The position numbers were made by a program, and so were the translations under genes. Below the pieces are notes generated by a model. The model did not search any database. It was given only the letters and a program-made list of their open reading frames with translations, and was not told the DNA's origin. DNA of 63,907 bases, the filler included, from Octopus bimaculoides (lineage: Eukaryota): assembly GCF_001194135.2 (NCBI RefSeq). It is 7 parts of 6 records of this genome, joined end to end, with 100 filler letters (N's around TTAATTAATTAA, not from the genome) between each part and the next. Parts side by side here need not be neighbours in the genome. Positions count along the whole stretch, not along the records: positions 1 to 12,803 come from NC_068981.1; positions 12,904 to 15,572 come from NC_068981.1; positions 15,673 to 23,523 come from NC_068990.1; positions 23,624 to 29,382 come from NC_068989.1; 3 more parts are not named here. The stretch is one strand, 5' to 3'. Positions 11,808 through 24,149 of this stretch are shown one piece after another (position 1 is the stretch's first letter; the number at the start of each line of letters is the position of its first letter).

Positions 11808-11929
11808 CAAGACATTGGTCAGCCCGGGGCTATAGTAAGATACTTGCCCAAGATGCTTCGCCGTGGGACTGAATCCGAAACTACGAAGTTGCTAAGTGAG
11901 CTTCTTAACCACACAGCCATGCTTGCGCT
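11808..11929 (-). mobile_element. CORE-like (OR-type) SINE head fragment
   Basis: Reverse complement of the ggctgtgtggtaag...gttcagtcccac...cttgggcaagt...ctatagccc head. Confidence 0.75.
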
Positions 11930-12042
11930 TAGCTGAGAAAAAAAACGAAAGACAAAAACAATCTCCCCTTTCCTCCAAAACACGGGACAGTCATGGCTGG
12001 AATGCTTTGGCTATAGTTCTGTTCAATATGCATCTTCAAATC

Positions 12043-12136
12043 GGCGGAGGTAAAGAAAATACACACCACCCGTTTTTGGCGTAACCCTGACCCTAAACGC
12101 CGAAAACGGGTGGCGTGCGTATTCTTTACCTTCGCC
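12043..12136. mobile_element. 94-bp hairpin MITE with telomere-like loop, 8-bp TSD (Merlin-like ends)
   Basis: 39-bp inverted arms 12043-12081 and 12098-12136 (33/39 ungapped), loop TAACCCTGACCCTAAA. TTCAAATC is duplicated at 12035-12042 and 12137-12144. Termini GG...CC. Confidence 0.8.
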
Positions 12137-12490
12137 TTCAAATCATACACGACCGTCTAGCAAAAAGCAGCGAAACGAAGACTGCTCTGTTGAGCATTAA
12201 ATAGATTTTGCTGCTATTTCTAGCCCTTGGAGTAATCACGCAGGAGCCCTCATTGTTTGGCTTGTGGAATTCTGTTGGATGATTTTTGTGTTATTGATGA
12301 CTAAAGATGACCTCTGCTCATTATTTAGTAAGACTCTCAGATGTGCCTGTCTGTAGAATTAACGGCTAATTTTTGAATATAAAATGTTATGAAAGACGTG
12401 TGTTCATTAATTTCATGTAATTATAAACACACGAATATATAAACACACATACATAAATAAATACATACACTCATGTAACTCTTAATAACA

Positions 12491-12584
12491 TACACTCAAT
12501 GACACATATATACACACGTACACTCAATGACACACATATATACACACGTACACTCAATGACACACATATATACACACGTACACT
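12491..12584. repeat. 30-bp minisatellite, about 3 copies
   Basis: Unit TACACTCAATGACACACATATATACACACG. Confidence 0.9.
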
Positions 12585-12803
12585 ATACCTGTCACATGTA
12601 TACATATATATATATAAATACATAAGCTTACATTAAGAGTTGTATCCCCTTTACATTCATCGAGATGGAGGCGTGTGAAAGGTTTGGCTCTCTCTATACA
12701 TTAATTAATTGAATTTTTTTTGTCATTGTAACATAATTAAATGACTTTTTAAAATTTGCAGTTCTAATTATAATTTCGTTGATACCAAGTGTCTTACCTA
12801 ATA

Positions 12804-12903
12804 NNNNNNNNNNNNNNNNNNNNNNNNNNNNNNNNNNNNNNNNNNNNTTAATTAATTAANNNNNNNNNNNNNNNNNNNNNNNNNNNNNNNNNNNNNNNNN
12901 NNN
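12804..12903. other. Artificial 100-bp gap linker (44N-TTAATTAATTAA-44N); also at 15617, 23568, 29427, 59193 and 61825
   Basis: The identical 12-mer, which has stops in all six frames, is centred in fixed-size gaps. Confidence 0.95.
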
Positions 12904-12973
12904 CTAACCCTAACCCTAACCCTAACCCTAACCCCTAACCCTAAACCTAACCCCTAACCCTAATCCCTAACCC
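12904..12973. repeat. Interstitial telomere-like (CCCTAA)n array with variants
   Basis: CTAACCCTAACCCTAACCC... about 11 units next to a gap. Confidence 0.9.
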
Positions 12974-13299
12974 TTAATAAAATATGGGAAAAGCTGGAGA
13001 TGAATGTTTTGAAAACATTCTGAACTATCTTTCAGAATGGTTTACTTTTCAATGAAATATCATTTTGTTATTTTTCATGTTTTTATTCAATTTATCTGCA
13101 ATTTTCCTCTTGTATTAGATGGATAACCCACCCTCCATTTACAGCAAGTAGCGAGTGTCTCGTTTTTTACCTGTGTGCTAAATTCGACTACTTACGACTA
13201 GCGTGTGTGCATGTGCAAATTTGTGACATGCACACTCCCAGAACTCGGATCCACACTTCTCCAGTAGTGCCAAATTTTGAAACTGAGTTTGCACCCGCT

Positions 13300-14277
13300 A
13301 AGCAAATTTTGTTCCCGGGCCACTGTTGGTAGGCAAAATGGACTGCCTTGAAACTGCTCTAATGGCTACGATCTAGAATTTAATTCTTGTACAGCTTAAC
13401 AGTAAAAATAGAGATTTTCTCAGAGTTGAAGTTGATCTGAGAAAAGTTGTGGATCTTACTAGTTCCTCAGAAAACTTTCTGAAATCACATTGGGATAAGT
13501 ATGAGGAGTTGGAAGTGAATGCAGGACTTTCAATATAATTTTAGATCAGTTTGTCACCTTACAAAAACACAGGTAGCCTATCAATCAGTGCAGGACAAGT
13601 TCAAAGTTAGAGTGAACATATGTAGTTGATGCAGAGATAAGAACTGAAACTGAACGACCCATTGCCATTTTCCCCTGTGATATTAGTAATATGTTCATAG
13701 AAGATATTGTGCAGAATGCAACCTTTTGTTAACACAGGTCATGTTTCACCCCATCTGAACAGGCACTTTTAATCCATAATGAAGGGCTTGCTTAAACCTT
13801 TCCAACTGTTGAAGTAGCTCTTAGAACATATTTGAGCTTGATGACCACTAGCTGTTCAGGAGAGAGGCATTAAGTAAATTGGGACTAATGAAGAATTATC
13901 TGAGAACCACAATGACGTTTGAAAGACTAAGTACTCTGTCTTTTGGATGTAGAAAGTAGAGTTCTAAAGACAATACAGTTCAAGAAAACTATTAAAGATT
14001 TTTCAGATACCAAGAGTAGAAACAATGTTTTTTTGTATGTATTGTAGTTGTATACTGTCTTAAGTTGGTAAAACTTGCTGCACTGTTTAGATGACAAAAT
14101 TTTGCATGGTAGATGCATTTAAATGTTCTATATGCTAACTAGTCACCTTTAATTACATGCAATAGGTGGATTTGGGGATGTAAATTTGGTAATTTTTTAT
14201 GGATTTGAATTTCTGTGAACACGGGGTCAATAAACTTGAAGTGCCCTGGGCCCCCACAAGCTTTAAATCCAGCCCTT
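13300..14277 (+). pseudogene. hAT transposase remnant (C-terminal dimerisation domain; ZMYM1/Tip100-like) with right terminus
   Basis: From 13799: FPTVEVALRTYLSLMTTSCSGER/(frameshift)LSKLGLMKNYLRTTMTFERLSTLS, the hATC motif. TTAAATCCAGCCCT at about 14263-14276 resembles an hAT right TIR. The left boundary is approximate. Confidence 0.85.
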
Positions 14278-15522
14278 CTCACAGAAATTACTTTTTTGAA
14301 CATTTCAAACTGTTTCCAATATCTGTAACTTTTCCTGTTACAGCAAAAGCTCTAAACAATTTTTCTTTTCTTCAAGCTGCAAATGATCAGAATGGAATTC
14401 TATTGGGGNNNNNNNNNNNNNNNNNNNNNNNNNNNNNNNNNNNNNNNNNNNNNNNNNNNNNNNNNNNNNNNNNNNNNNNNNNNNNNNNNNNNNNNNNNNN
14501 NNNNNNNNNNNNNNNNNNNNNNNNNNNNNNNNNNNNNNNNNNNNNGGGGGGGGGGGTAGAGACCAGACAATTTAAGAATAATTATCATGAATAGGCAACA
14601 TGCCAAAAATCCTTATCTTCAAAATATCTTTCATTTTATGGCGAAATACAAAAACAAGAGAATTGCCCTTGGGTAAGTTGTATTATAGCAGGGGACATTG
14701 TCATCTTTTGCATCTTATTCTTTTTATTTAACACTACGATGAAATTGAGAAGTGACTTTAAATTTCATTTTATTACATATGAAATTATTTATTACAAATA
14801 TAGGTAGGGTCCCAACATGGCTGCAGTCCCAACGACTGAAACAAGTAAAAGGCAAAAGATATAAAAAATATAAACATTTTCTATTCTAATAGTTTTCTAA
14901 CTGGACTTTTCCCAGTCTGATACAAAATACTAATACAAATGTGTGTGAATTTCTATTGATGGTACATCACAAGTCTTCCCTTTTCAACATAAGCTATTCT
15001 CTACATATGTATGTATCATCATCATCATCATCATTATCCTTCAATGTCTGATGATCTTTTGATATATGCATCTTTTGTATAGATGTAAGAGGCGTTTTAT
15101 CTTTGTGTGAATATTAACTTGTGGTTGTGGTTATGTATGTGTAGGTGTGTATTTGCAAGCTCACGTTTCAGGGCTGAACTAGATAAAGCGCTTAATTATA
15201 TTGTCATTCTAATAAAGGAAAACTAGAGAATGAAAATCAAGTTCACAGTCTTATCATCAGCCTGAATAAATCACAGTTAACGGTCAATGTTAAATCCTAA
15301 GGAAGCAAGGTGAAAGCAAGTCACATGTATGTGCTGAAAACGTGATCAGGAAGTAAGTAAGGTGTAATACACGCGAGTGGATTGAAATTCTGGGGTAGAG
15401 TTAACAATCACTTCATCCCTTGTCAATCCCTTAGCAGAGGTTTGTGCTTACTCATACACATATATATATTTCCACACATACACATTGTTTAGCTATATAT
15501 ATATATAGATGTTTATCATATA

Positions 15523-15572
<50 letters not shown>

Positions 15573-15716
15573 NNNNNNNNNNNNNNNNNNNNNNNNNNNN
15601 NNNNNNNNNNNNNNNNTTAATTAATTAANNNNNNNNNNNNNNNNNNNNNNNNNNNNNNNNNNNNNNNNNNNNAGAAATTATTGAAAAACACAGAGTGGAA
15701 ATATCAAAGGCTTGAG

Positions 15717-15817
15717 GAAGAAGAAGAAGAAGAAGAAGAAGAAGAAGAAGAAGAAGAAGAAGAAGAAGAAGAAGAAGAAGAAGAAGAAGAAGAAGAAGAA
15801 GAAGAAGAAGAAGAAGA
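15717..15817. repeat. (GAA)n microsatellite, about 33 units
   Basis: Direct read; followed by (ATG)n. Confidence 0.95.
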
Positions 15818-16635
15818 ATGATGATGATGATATTGTTATTATAATCAATCGTTACTTTAATCTGTGGGGCGTTCGATGACCTTTTATACACAAGCGTTTC
15901 ATTAATTCTAAAATACATATTTACGCGCGCGTGCACACACACACACACATACACACCCATATGTATATGTGTGTGTTTGCATGTATGTGTGTATTTATAC
16001 ACACACACACACACACATACACACATAGCCGAATTCGAAAATTCGATCGAACCTCAGAATAAATCCCTTGTGATATTTGTTCAGACTCTCTGTGGACTGA
16101 CTTCCAGTACATGCAAGGCCAAATATATCTTCTATATTTTCGGGATATCGACGGATAATTGATCAGTCCACGCCAGTGGTTTGTGTGAAATGCTAGGAGG
16201 TTGGAAGATATGCTGTGTAGTAACAGTTCTGGCAAGAATGCCCGTATATAGTTGCTAAAGCAGAGCTGGTCATGCCTTTCCTTTGGTCAACAGGAATTAC
16301 AGAACAACAGTATGTTTGCAAATATGAGCCTGCGACCTGGAAGAAGATAATATTATAAGCAGGAGATTAGAGAGTACATATCAAACAATATATATGTGTG
16401 TGTGTGTTTGTGTGTGGGTGTGTGTGTGTGTGTGTGTGTGCGTGTGTGTGTATGCGCGCGCGCATGTGTGTATGTGTCTGTGTTTGTTCCGCCGCCATAA
16501 CTTCAAAGAATAGCATACAAAGCATAAGACTTGGAGTCTAGTTCTTCGACTAACACCATTTAAGGCGGTGCTCCAGCAAGACCGCAGTCAAACGACTGAA
16601 AGAAGTACAAGAATGAAATAACACACACACGCACA

Positions 16636-16666
<31 letters not shown>

Positions 16667-17299
16667 NNNNNNNNNNNNNNNNNNNNNNNNNNNNNNNNNN
16701 NNNNNNNNNNNNNNNNNNNNNNNNNNNNNNNNNNNNNNNNNNNNNNNNNNNNNNNNNNNNNNNNNNNNNNNNNNNNNNNNNNNNNNNNNNNNNNNNNNNN
16801 NNNNNNNNNNNNNNNNNNNNNNNNNNNNNNNNNNNNNNNNNNNNNNNNNNNNNNNNNNNNNNNNNNNNNNNNNNNNNNNNNNNNNNNNNNNNNNNNNNNN
16901 NNNNNNNNNNNNNNNNNNNNNNNNNNNNNNNNNNNNNNNNNNNNNNNNNNNNNNNNNNNATATATATATGTATGTATGTATATACACTTTTACTCTTTTT
17001 GATGTCCTATACCCATATATGCATGTATATATACATATATATGTAGGTATGCACATATATGTATATATGCATATATTTATATATTATTTATATTATTATA
17101 TGATCCTTTTCCAAGTAAGTTTTATCTTAATAATTACAATGCGCACTCACATTCTATCTCTTTTCTGTCTATCTATCTCCCTCTCTTGTTCTTCTTCCTT
17201 TGTTTTTCGCTTCCTCCCCTTCCCTATTCTTCTCCTCTCCCCTTCACCGTTCCCTCTCCCTCTTTCTTTCACTCTTCCTCCTTGACTCTCTCGTTTCTC

Positions 17300-17810
17300 A
17301 CACGTGACCAACGGCCACCCATCTTTCTTTCTTCCACTTCCTTCCTAAAGACAAGACGTGCTTTTATCTGTCTCTTCTCAAAGCTCGTTTTTCCATCGTT
17401 CACAACTTCACATCGTCTTGGCTTAAAAGCCCTCACCGTTTGTTTTTATTGTTTTATTCTCACTGTCCCGTTTTTGTTACCACTTTCACCCTCCGCAAAA
17501 AATCCCAAACTTTATTTAATTTGTTTTGCGGGAAGGACTGTTTTAACGAAGTCGCGTCTTGTCCTTACCTTTGAAACGCGGAGTAGATAAAACAGGGGAT
17601 AACTGATGAAGGGAATATTCTTTATGTTGCATGTTTCGTTTCTCTGTTTGTTTGTCTTTTTTAGTTGTTCGGAAAAAGTTCGTTTTCTATGTTTTTTGTT
17701 TTTCATGTTCTCGTTTCTCATTTTGTCTACGTTTTTTGATGTCCTGTACCCATATATGCATGCATATATACATATACGTGTAGGTATGTACATATATGTA
17801 TGTATATAGG
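17300..17810 (+). mobile_element. Probable PLE-type 3' end; related copies at about 16985-17070 (+) and 54690-54790 (-)
   Basis: Shared motif GTCTACGTTTT..ATGTCCTGTACCCA in three places, CTGATGAAG at 17603, and a weak GIY-YIG C-terminus-like peptide (TRRAFICLFSKLVFP). PLE assignment is inference. Confidence 0.45.
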
Positions 17811-20800
17811 CATATATNNNNNNNNNNTATATATAGGTATATATATATATATACATGCGCACGCACATGTATTTACATACTTACACACAGGGGTGCGCGC
17901 ACACACACACACACACAGACACACACATGTGCCTGAAATTACTTTCTTCTGGAATCAGAGTTTCGTGTTTGCCATTGATAACGTAACTGGACGAGCTGCC
18001 AAATCTCAGCAGTATAATAAATAATTATATCCTGTTTCAGTACTTAGTATTTTAATCTATTCGTTGTAAATAAAAGCGTAAATCCATTGCTGTCAGTTTC
18101 ACCATAGAAATGCAAAATTAATTAATCATATTAGCTAATGTGTTAAAACCGGTGTCTCTTCAGATAGAATTCACATGGTTTTTATTAGTGTCACCATGTT
18201 AAAGATAGTGGAAACTTCTGTCATGCGCAAAAAGACATGGACTCACAAGGGAGGTGTCTTCGGGATTTTTAAGTAGTTATTTCCTTTGCGTATTGCACAA
18301 TTAATTATATTAACAATATTAAAGATGGACGAAAGATAATTGATAAAAATGAATTAGTTAGGTTATAAGTCTACATATTGGATCATTCATAAATGAGCAA
18401 TATATATTCTCAGGTAAACTAGAAGTTAAATTAAAAAGCATAAATTATATTACTTAGGATGTAAGAGCAGCTCTCGGCTACATTCGTTTGTAATATAAAC
18501 TACTTCAAGAGGAATGAATCACGCAATAGTTTTTAACGATATGTATTACACATAAATACACGATCTTTCGATGGCTTCTAATATTGCGAAATACCACAAA
18601 GTATCTTGCCCGGCGTGCTAACTATTCTGATAGCTTCGCGCCTTATTCGTGACAATATTTTAAAAAAGAACGTTCAATATAAAATGTTTAATCTGGTAGG
18701 TTTATAGAAAACCAGAATTTCAGTAGCATCATGTGAAAGTGTCTACAAGCTCAAAATTCTCCAAACAGATTCCCAAATAATCGCCCGAGACTTTTGTCGA
18801 ACGGTACATAGTGAATATCTGTTAGTTTATGTAATGTCAACTTCTCTCTCTAATTCCACACTGAATTGTGTAGTCAATGTTTTGCCGTGAGTTATTCTAC
18901 ATATTTCGGAAACTACATGAATACTGGCTTTTCCTCTCTCTCTCTCTCTTTATATTTAAGAGATGATAATTTTTGTTGCTTCAATGTTCTTTCAATCATG
19001 ATGACATTTTGTCTTTTAGTTCTCTTTTTCTTTTCTTGTCCTTTGAGTTCTCTCCAGCTTCATATAGCTTTGGAATTTCAGCTTTGACTAGGTGGGCGCG
19101 AGAGTTTGCTCCGGAAGCTACACGCTTGAATTAAAATGTCATAAATTAATTGGTTGAGATTGCACTAGCTCGTCTACATTTACGGTATCGACGATAGCCG
19201 CATCCCAAAAGATATCTTTTAAGAAGAGCAAGTGCGCAAGAAGAAATCTATTGGCCATTTTCGGGTGCATTGCAAGAACATTTGCATAATGGCCCCGTCA
19301 CCGCTATGGTATCGTGAGAGAGCCTTGCATATGTTGAGTGAGATGGGGAGTTTTTCTGGGCTGGCATCACAAAAAAGGGGGAAAGCTCACAGATGCTGCG
19401 ACAGAAAAATAGATTTACAGAAAGAAAAACAGACCAATAACCACACACAGATTGTCACTTCTGCATTAGTCAAAAATGTCGCTGCTTCAGCTAAACAGAA
19501 ATCTAGAACGAATTCGTTGTCCATTGGTAGCCATCAGCGAAAGGGATTTTAAAACTAGATAAAATCTTTATAATATATATTGCGTATAATTTCTACTTAA
19601 CTTCTGTTAAAGATGATCATAATATATCTCCCACATGCTAAGGAATTTAACTACCTTTAAAAAATTCCAGAACTAGCTATCCCTGTAAGGTCATGATTAT
19701 GCACATGACGGAAGATGCCACTGGTTTCAATATGGTGGCACGAATAAAAGTTACGCGAATTCTACCTGACGATCCATAATAATCAATATAGAAACTAATA
19801 TGATTTATAAGTGTTGAATCATTGTGGTGAAACCGACAGCATTGGATTATTAATAAGCGCATTTAAAGTGTATTAACATACAAACAAACCCACATATACT
19901 TATACATACATTCGCATACGTGCGTGCATATATACACACATACATATGTGTATATGAATGCATATGTATATATATACATACATATTTACATATACATACA
20001 TGTATGTATGTATATAATTGTGATAGAATCACTGGAGCGCTTATTTGGTTAGAGTTAATACAATTTCCAAATCTTATGGGTAGCAAAAATTAACATTAAC
20101 TTGATTAAAGACATACATCAAGTAGAAATATAAACCGATAGATATAAATTATGAAACGTGATGAAGATGTATAACATAGGCACATGCCTCTAGAATTGTG
20201 GGTGGAAATCAGTTGACTTAATCGATTCCAGAAATCAATAAAAGCAACATGTAATGTTTCTGGATGTTGCATGTTACTTTTACTTGAATGTAGGTAGTGT
20301 CATCACAATCAGACACTCTCATATTTGATTTATAATGTATTTTTGTAGTCTCTGTGTGTATGTGTGTTGCATACTGCATGTTGCATGCGTTTGTGTGAAT
20401 AGAACTTGCTCTGCCGTTGTGTACGCACGGCCGTGTAGCGTCAAGTCAGGCCTCTTGTTAGCATGCGTATAAATATTACAGTATCCTCACGTACCACATT
20501 AACTGAACGTAAAAGATTATTTTCATTGATATGTGTATAGACAACTATTGGTTAAACACGTACACACGCGCTTGCACGCGCGTAAAACTATAATTATCAC
20601 ATGTGATATGGAACTGTATTTTCTGTAATTTAGCATTCCAATAATAGTGATGTAAATTCTTGTAACTTCCATGGTTGAAATTCGTGTATGTACGAAGTCA
20701 GTAATCTCGTTTTGAATTACAGTTTGTTTTGTTTTACTTACCACGAAAGTTACTGCACATAAACGGTAAATACATCGACATTAGAACTTTGTTGTTTGAG

Positions 20801-21054
20801 AAATTTCTGCTTAAGTGAGAAGTATAAAATTGCGAAGCAGTCCTCAAAATTTCCTTATCCGCTTTAGACATTTTATTCTTACCAGCGGGAGTACTTGGTT
20901 GTTGAAGTCATAAAAATTCTGTAAACTTTCGATAGAAAGTGAAATAATTTTTTTGTTTTTGTTTTTGGTGGTGGAGGAATAGTGTACCTCAAATCACACA
21001 CACAAAGCTTTAAATTATGTGTTGAGAACCATTTTTGGATGGAAAAATTCGGAG

Positions 21055-21121
21055 GCTTCCCGTGGGACTCGAACTCACATCTTCTGTACACATGACGAGA
21101 TTTCAACCATTAGACCAAAGC
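21055..21121 (-). pseudogene. Degenerate tRNA-like sequence with downstream T-run
   Basis: Minus strand: GCTTTGGTCTAATGGTT (A box) ... GAGTTCGAGTCCC (B box) ... GGGAAGC, then TTTTT about 8 nt downstream. Acceptor and anticodon stems are imperfect. Confidence 0.5.
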
Positions 21122-21629
21122 AATCCTCCGCATTTCTCTACCCATTTTTAGAAACTTTAATCAATCCAAAAGGGTTTTTCAACCTAATATTTACATGCTG
21201 TTGTTAACAGCTTTATGTGTGTGTGCTTCAAGATTTACTATTCCAAGAAATAATTAATTCACGTCCACTCGAAAGTTTATAAAATTCTTATGACGTCAAT
21301 TCGCATTAACCTTGAAGATCAAATCTTGTTGAGACAGACGTCGAATTAAGCAATACGGGTGCATAAATATATCAGTAATATAATGAGGTTAGAATCGATA
21401 AGCTTAACCTTTCTCGAAATTGCTTTTGTACCTAATAAAGAAACGATTATTATGTAGTTTGTTTTCGCATTTAATTTGTTTTCTGGAAGTTATAGCAATC
21501 GTATAGAGTTTATTTTGGATATTGATAGATCCGGTAATAATACATGTATGCACGTATAAAGATGCACATGTGTCTACATATGTAAGTAAAAGTATATATA
21601 TCTAATAGAATATATATAGACATACATGC

Positions 21630-21652
21630 ATCTATCTATCGATCTATCTATC

Positions 21653-21683
<31 letters not shown>

Positions 21684-21690
21684 CTATTTG

Positions 21691-21755
<65 letters not shown>
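21630..21755. repeat. (TCTA)n microsatellite
   Basis: Direct read. Confidence 0.95.
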
Positions 21756-22662
21756 ATATATTCTATTAGATNNNNNNNNNNNNNNNNNNNNNNNNNNNNN
21801 NNNNNNNNNNNNNNNNNNNNNNNNNNNNNNNNNNNNNNNNNNNNNNNNNNNNNNNNNNNNNNNNNNNNNNNNNNNNNNNNNNNNNNNNNNNNNNNNNNNN
21901 NNNNNNNNNNNNNNNNNNNNNNNNNNNNNNNNNNNNNNNNNNNNNNNNNNNNNNNNNNNNNNNNNNNNNNNNNNNNNNNNNNNNNNNNNNNNNNNNNNNN
22001 NNNNNNNNNNNNNNNNNNNNNNNNNNNNNNNNNNNNNNNNNNNNNNNNNNNNNNNNNNNNNNNNNNNNNNNNNNNNNNNNNNNNNNNNNNNNNNNNNNNN
22101 NNNNNNNNNNNNNNNNNNNNNNNNNNNNNNNNNNNNNNNNNNNNNNNNNNNNNNNNNNNNNNNNNNNNNNNNNNNNNNNNNNNNNNNNNNNNNNNNNNNN
22201 NNNNNNNNNNNNNNNNNNNNNNNNNNNNNNNNNNNNNNNNNNNNNNNNNNNNNNNNNNNNNNNNNNNNNNNNNNNNNNNNNNNNNNNNNNNNNNNNNNNN
22301 NNNNNNNNNNNNNNNNNNNNNNNNNNNNNNNNNNNNNNNNNNNNNNNNNNNNNNNNNNNNNNNNNNNNNNNNNNNNNNNNNNNNNNNNNNNNNNNNNNNN
22401 NNNNNNNNNNNNNNNNNNNNNNNNNNNNNNNNNNNNNNNNNNNNNNNNNNNNNNNNNNNNNNNNNNNNNNNNNNNNNNNNNNNNNNNNNNNNNNNNNNNN
22501 NNNNNNNNNNNNNNNNNNNNNNNNNNNNNNNNNNNNNNNNNNNNNNNNNNNNNNNNNNNNNNNNNNNNNNNNNNNNNNNNNNNNNNNNNNNNNNNNNNNN
22601 NNNNNNNNNNNNNNNNNNNNNNNNNNNNNNNNNNNNNNNNNNNNNNNNNNNNNNNNNNNNNN

Positions 22663-22705
<43 letters not shown>

Positions 22706-23422
22706 TATATAAGCGTACATACATATGCATATTCACACGCATACATATGGATGTGTGCGTACGTGCATGCGTGCATGGGTAGATAGATAAATACAGAGCG
22801 AGAGAGGGAGAGAGAGATGGAGAAAGAAAGAAAGAAAGAAAGATGGAGAGTAAGTGAGATGACTTTTTGTAGTAGTTTCTTCGTTAGAAGTTGGTAAGTA
22901 GTAATATATTAAAAGTACTGCTCACTATCAGCCTATGTAGTTGGACATCTCTGTTGGCCTGTCTATTGGCAGGATCAATAACTTGTCTAAATATTGCCTC
23001 TTTTTACGATTGCACCATTGATCTTTACTAATGCCGCTACGTCATGTTTCTATGATCACTGGGCTGGGGAGGAGGAAGAGGTAGAAAGTTACTGAGAAAT
23101 CCCACAGTGCTAGCTATAGAAATGTATGTGTGTCTGTCTATCCTCAGACTGTGTGTACGTGTACGCGCGTGTGTATGTGTTTGTGTGTGTGAGTGTGTGT
23201 GTGTGTGTGTGTGAGTAAGAAGTCTGTGTGTATGTGCGCGCATGTAGGCGGATGTGTAAGTGCGTGTAGAAGAGTTCGTGCTTATGTGAATATGCATGTG
23301 CGTGCATGTGTGCAAATATATATATATATGCATATTTGTGCATATGTATGTGTATGCCTGTGGGTGGCTTGTCTGTTGTGTGTGAATATATACATGCATA
23401 TATATACATAAATATGTACATG

Positions 23423-23453
<31 letters not shown>

Positions 23454-23623
23454 ATTCACACACACACACACACACTCACACACACAAACACATACACACG
23501 CGCGTACACGTACACACAGTCTGNNNNNNNNNNNNNNNNNNNNNNNNNNNNNNNNNNNNNNNNNNNNTTAATTAATTAANNNNNNNNNNNNNNNNNNNNN
23601 NNNNNNNNNNNNNNNNNNNNNNN

Positions 23624-23747
23624 TGTAGAAACTCTGCCAAATTTAGATTGGAGCCTGGTGTTGCCTTCCGGTTTCACCAGTCCTCAGTCAAATCGTCCAA
23701 CCCATGCTAGCATGGAAAGCGGACGTTAAACGATGATGATGATGATG

Positions 23748-23748
<1 letters not shown>
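23624..23748 (+). mobile_element. RTE-type 3' tail with (GAT)n; copies also at about 25755-25820 (+), 31020-31485, 33835-34500, 43945-44200 and 47835-48030 (all -)
   Basis: Shared CCAACCCATGCYAGCATGGAAA..GGAC.TTAAA+(GAT)n end. The minus-strand copies also share GGATGCCCTTCCTAAC.CCAACC, which is typical of RTE 3' ends. Confidence 0.7.
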
Positions 23749-23779
<31 letters not shown>

Positions 23780-23781
<2 letters not shown>

Positions 23782-23990
23782 TTGTGTGTCTGTGTTTGTC
23801 CCACTAGCATTGCTTGACAACCGATGCTGGTGTGCTTATGTCCCTGTCACTTAATGGTTCGGCAAAAGAGACCGATAGAATAAGTACTAGGCTTACAAAG
23901 AATAAGTCCCGGGGTCGATTTGCTTGACTAAAAGGCGGTGCTCCAGCATGGCCACAGTCAAATGACTGAAACAAGTAAAAGAGTAAAAGA
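23780..23990 (+). mobile_element. CORE-like (OR-type) SINE 3' half
   Basis: Near-identical to 43720-43925. Confidence 0.85.
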
Positions 23991-24149
23991 GTATATATAT
24001 ATATATATATTTTATTTTGGTGAAATCAGTCTCTTGCCATTTTGAGTTTCACCTGGGTGTGCACAGGGTTTTCAGGCAAATTATGACTTGCCTAAAGATT
24101 GACAGTCAACACTAAACATAAACACATACAATTCAGAACCACCTACATG

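Noticed and set aside
12848-12859. Recurrent TTAATTAATTAA motif (six times)
   Set aside because: Always centred in 44N+44N; an assembly linker, not biological.
12904-12973. True chromosome end
   Set aside because: Short, degenerate and internal, with unique sequence continuing on both sides.
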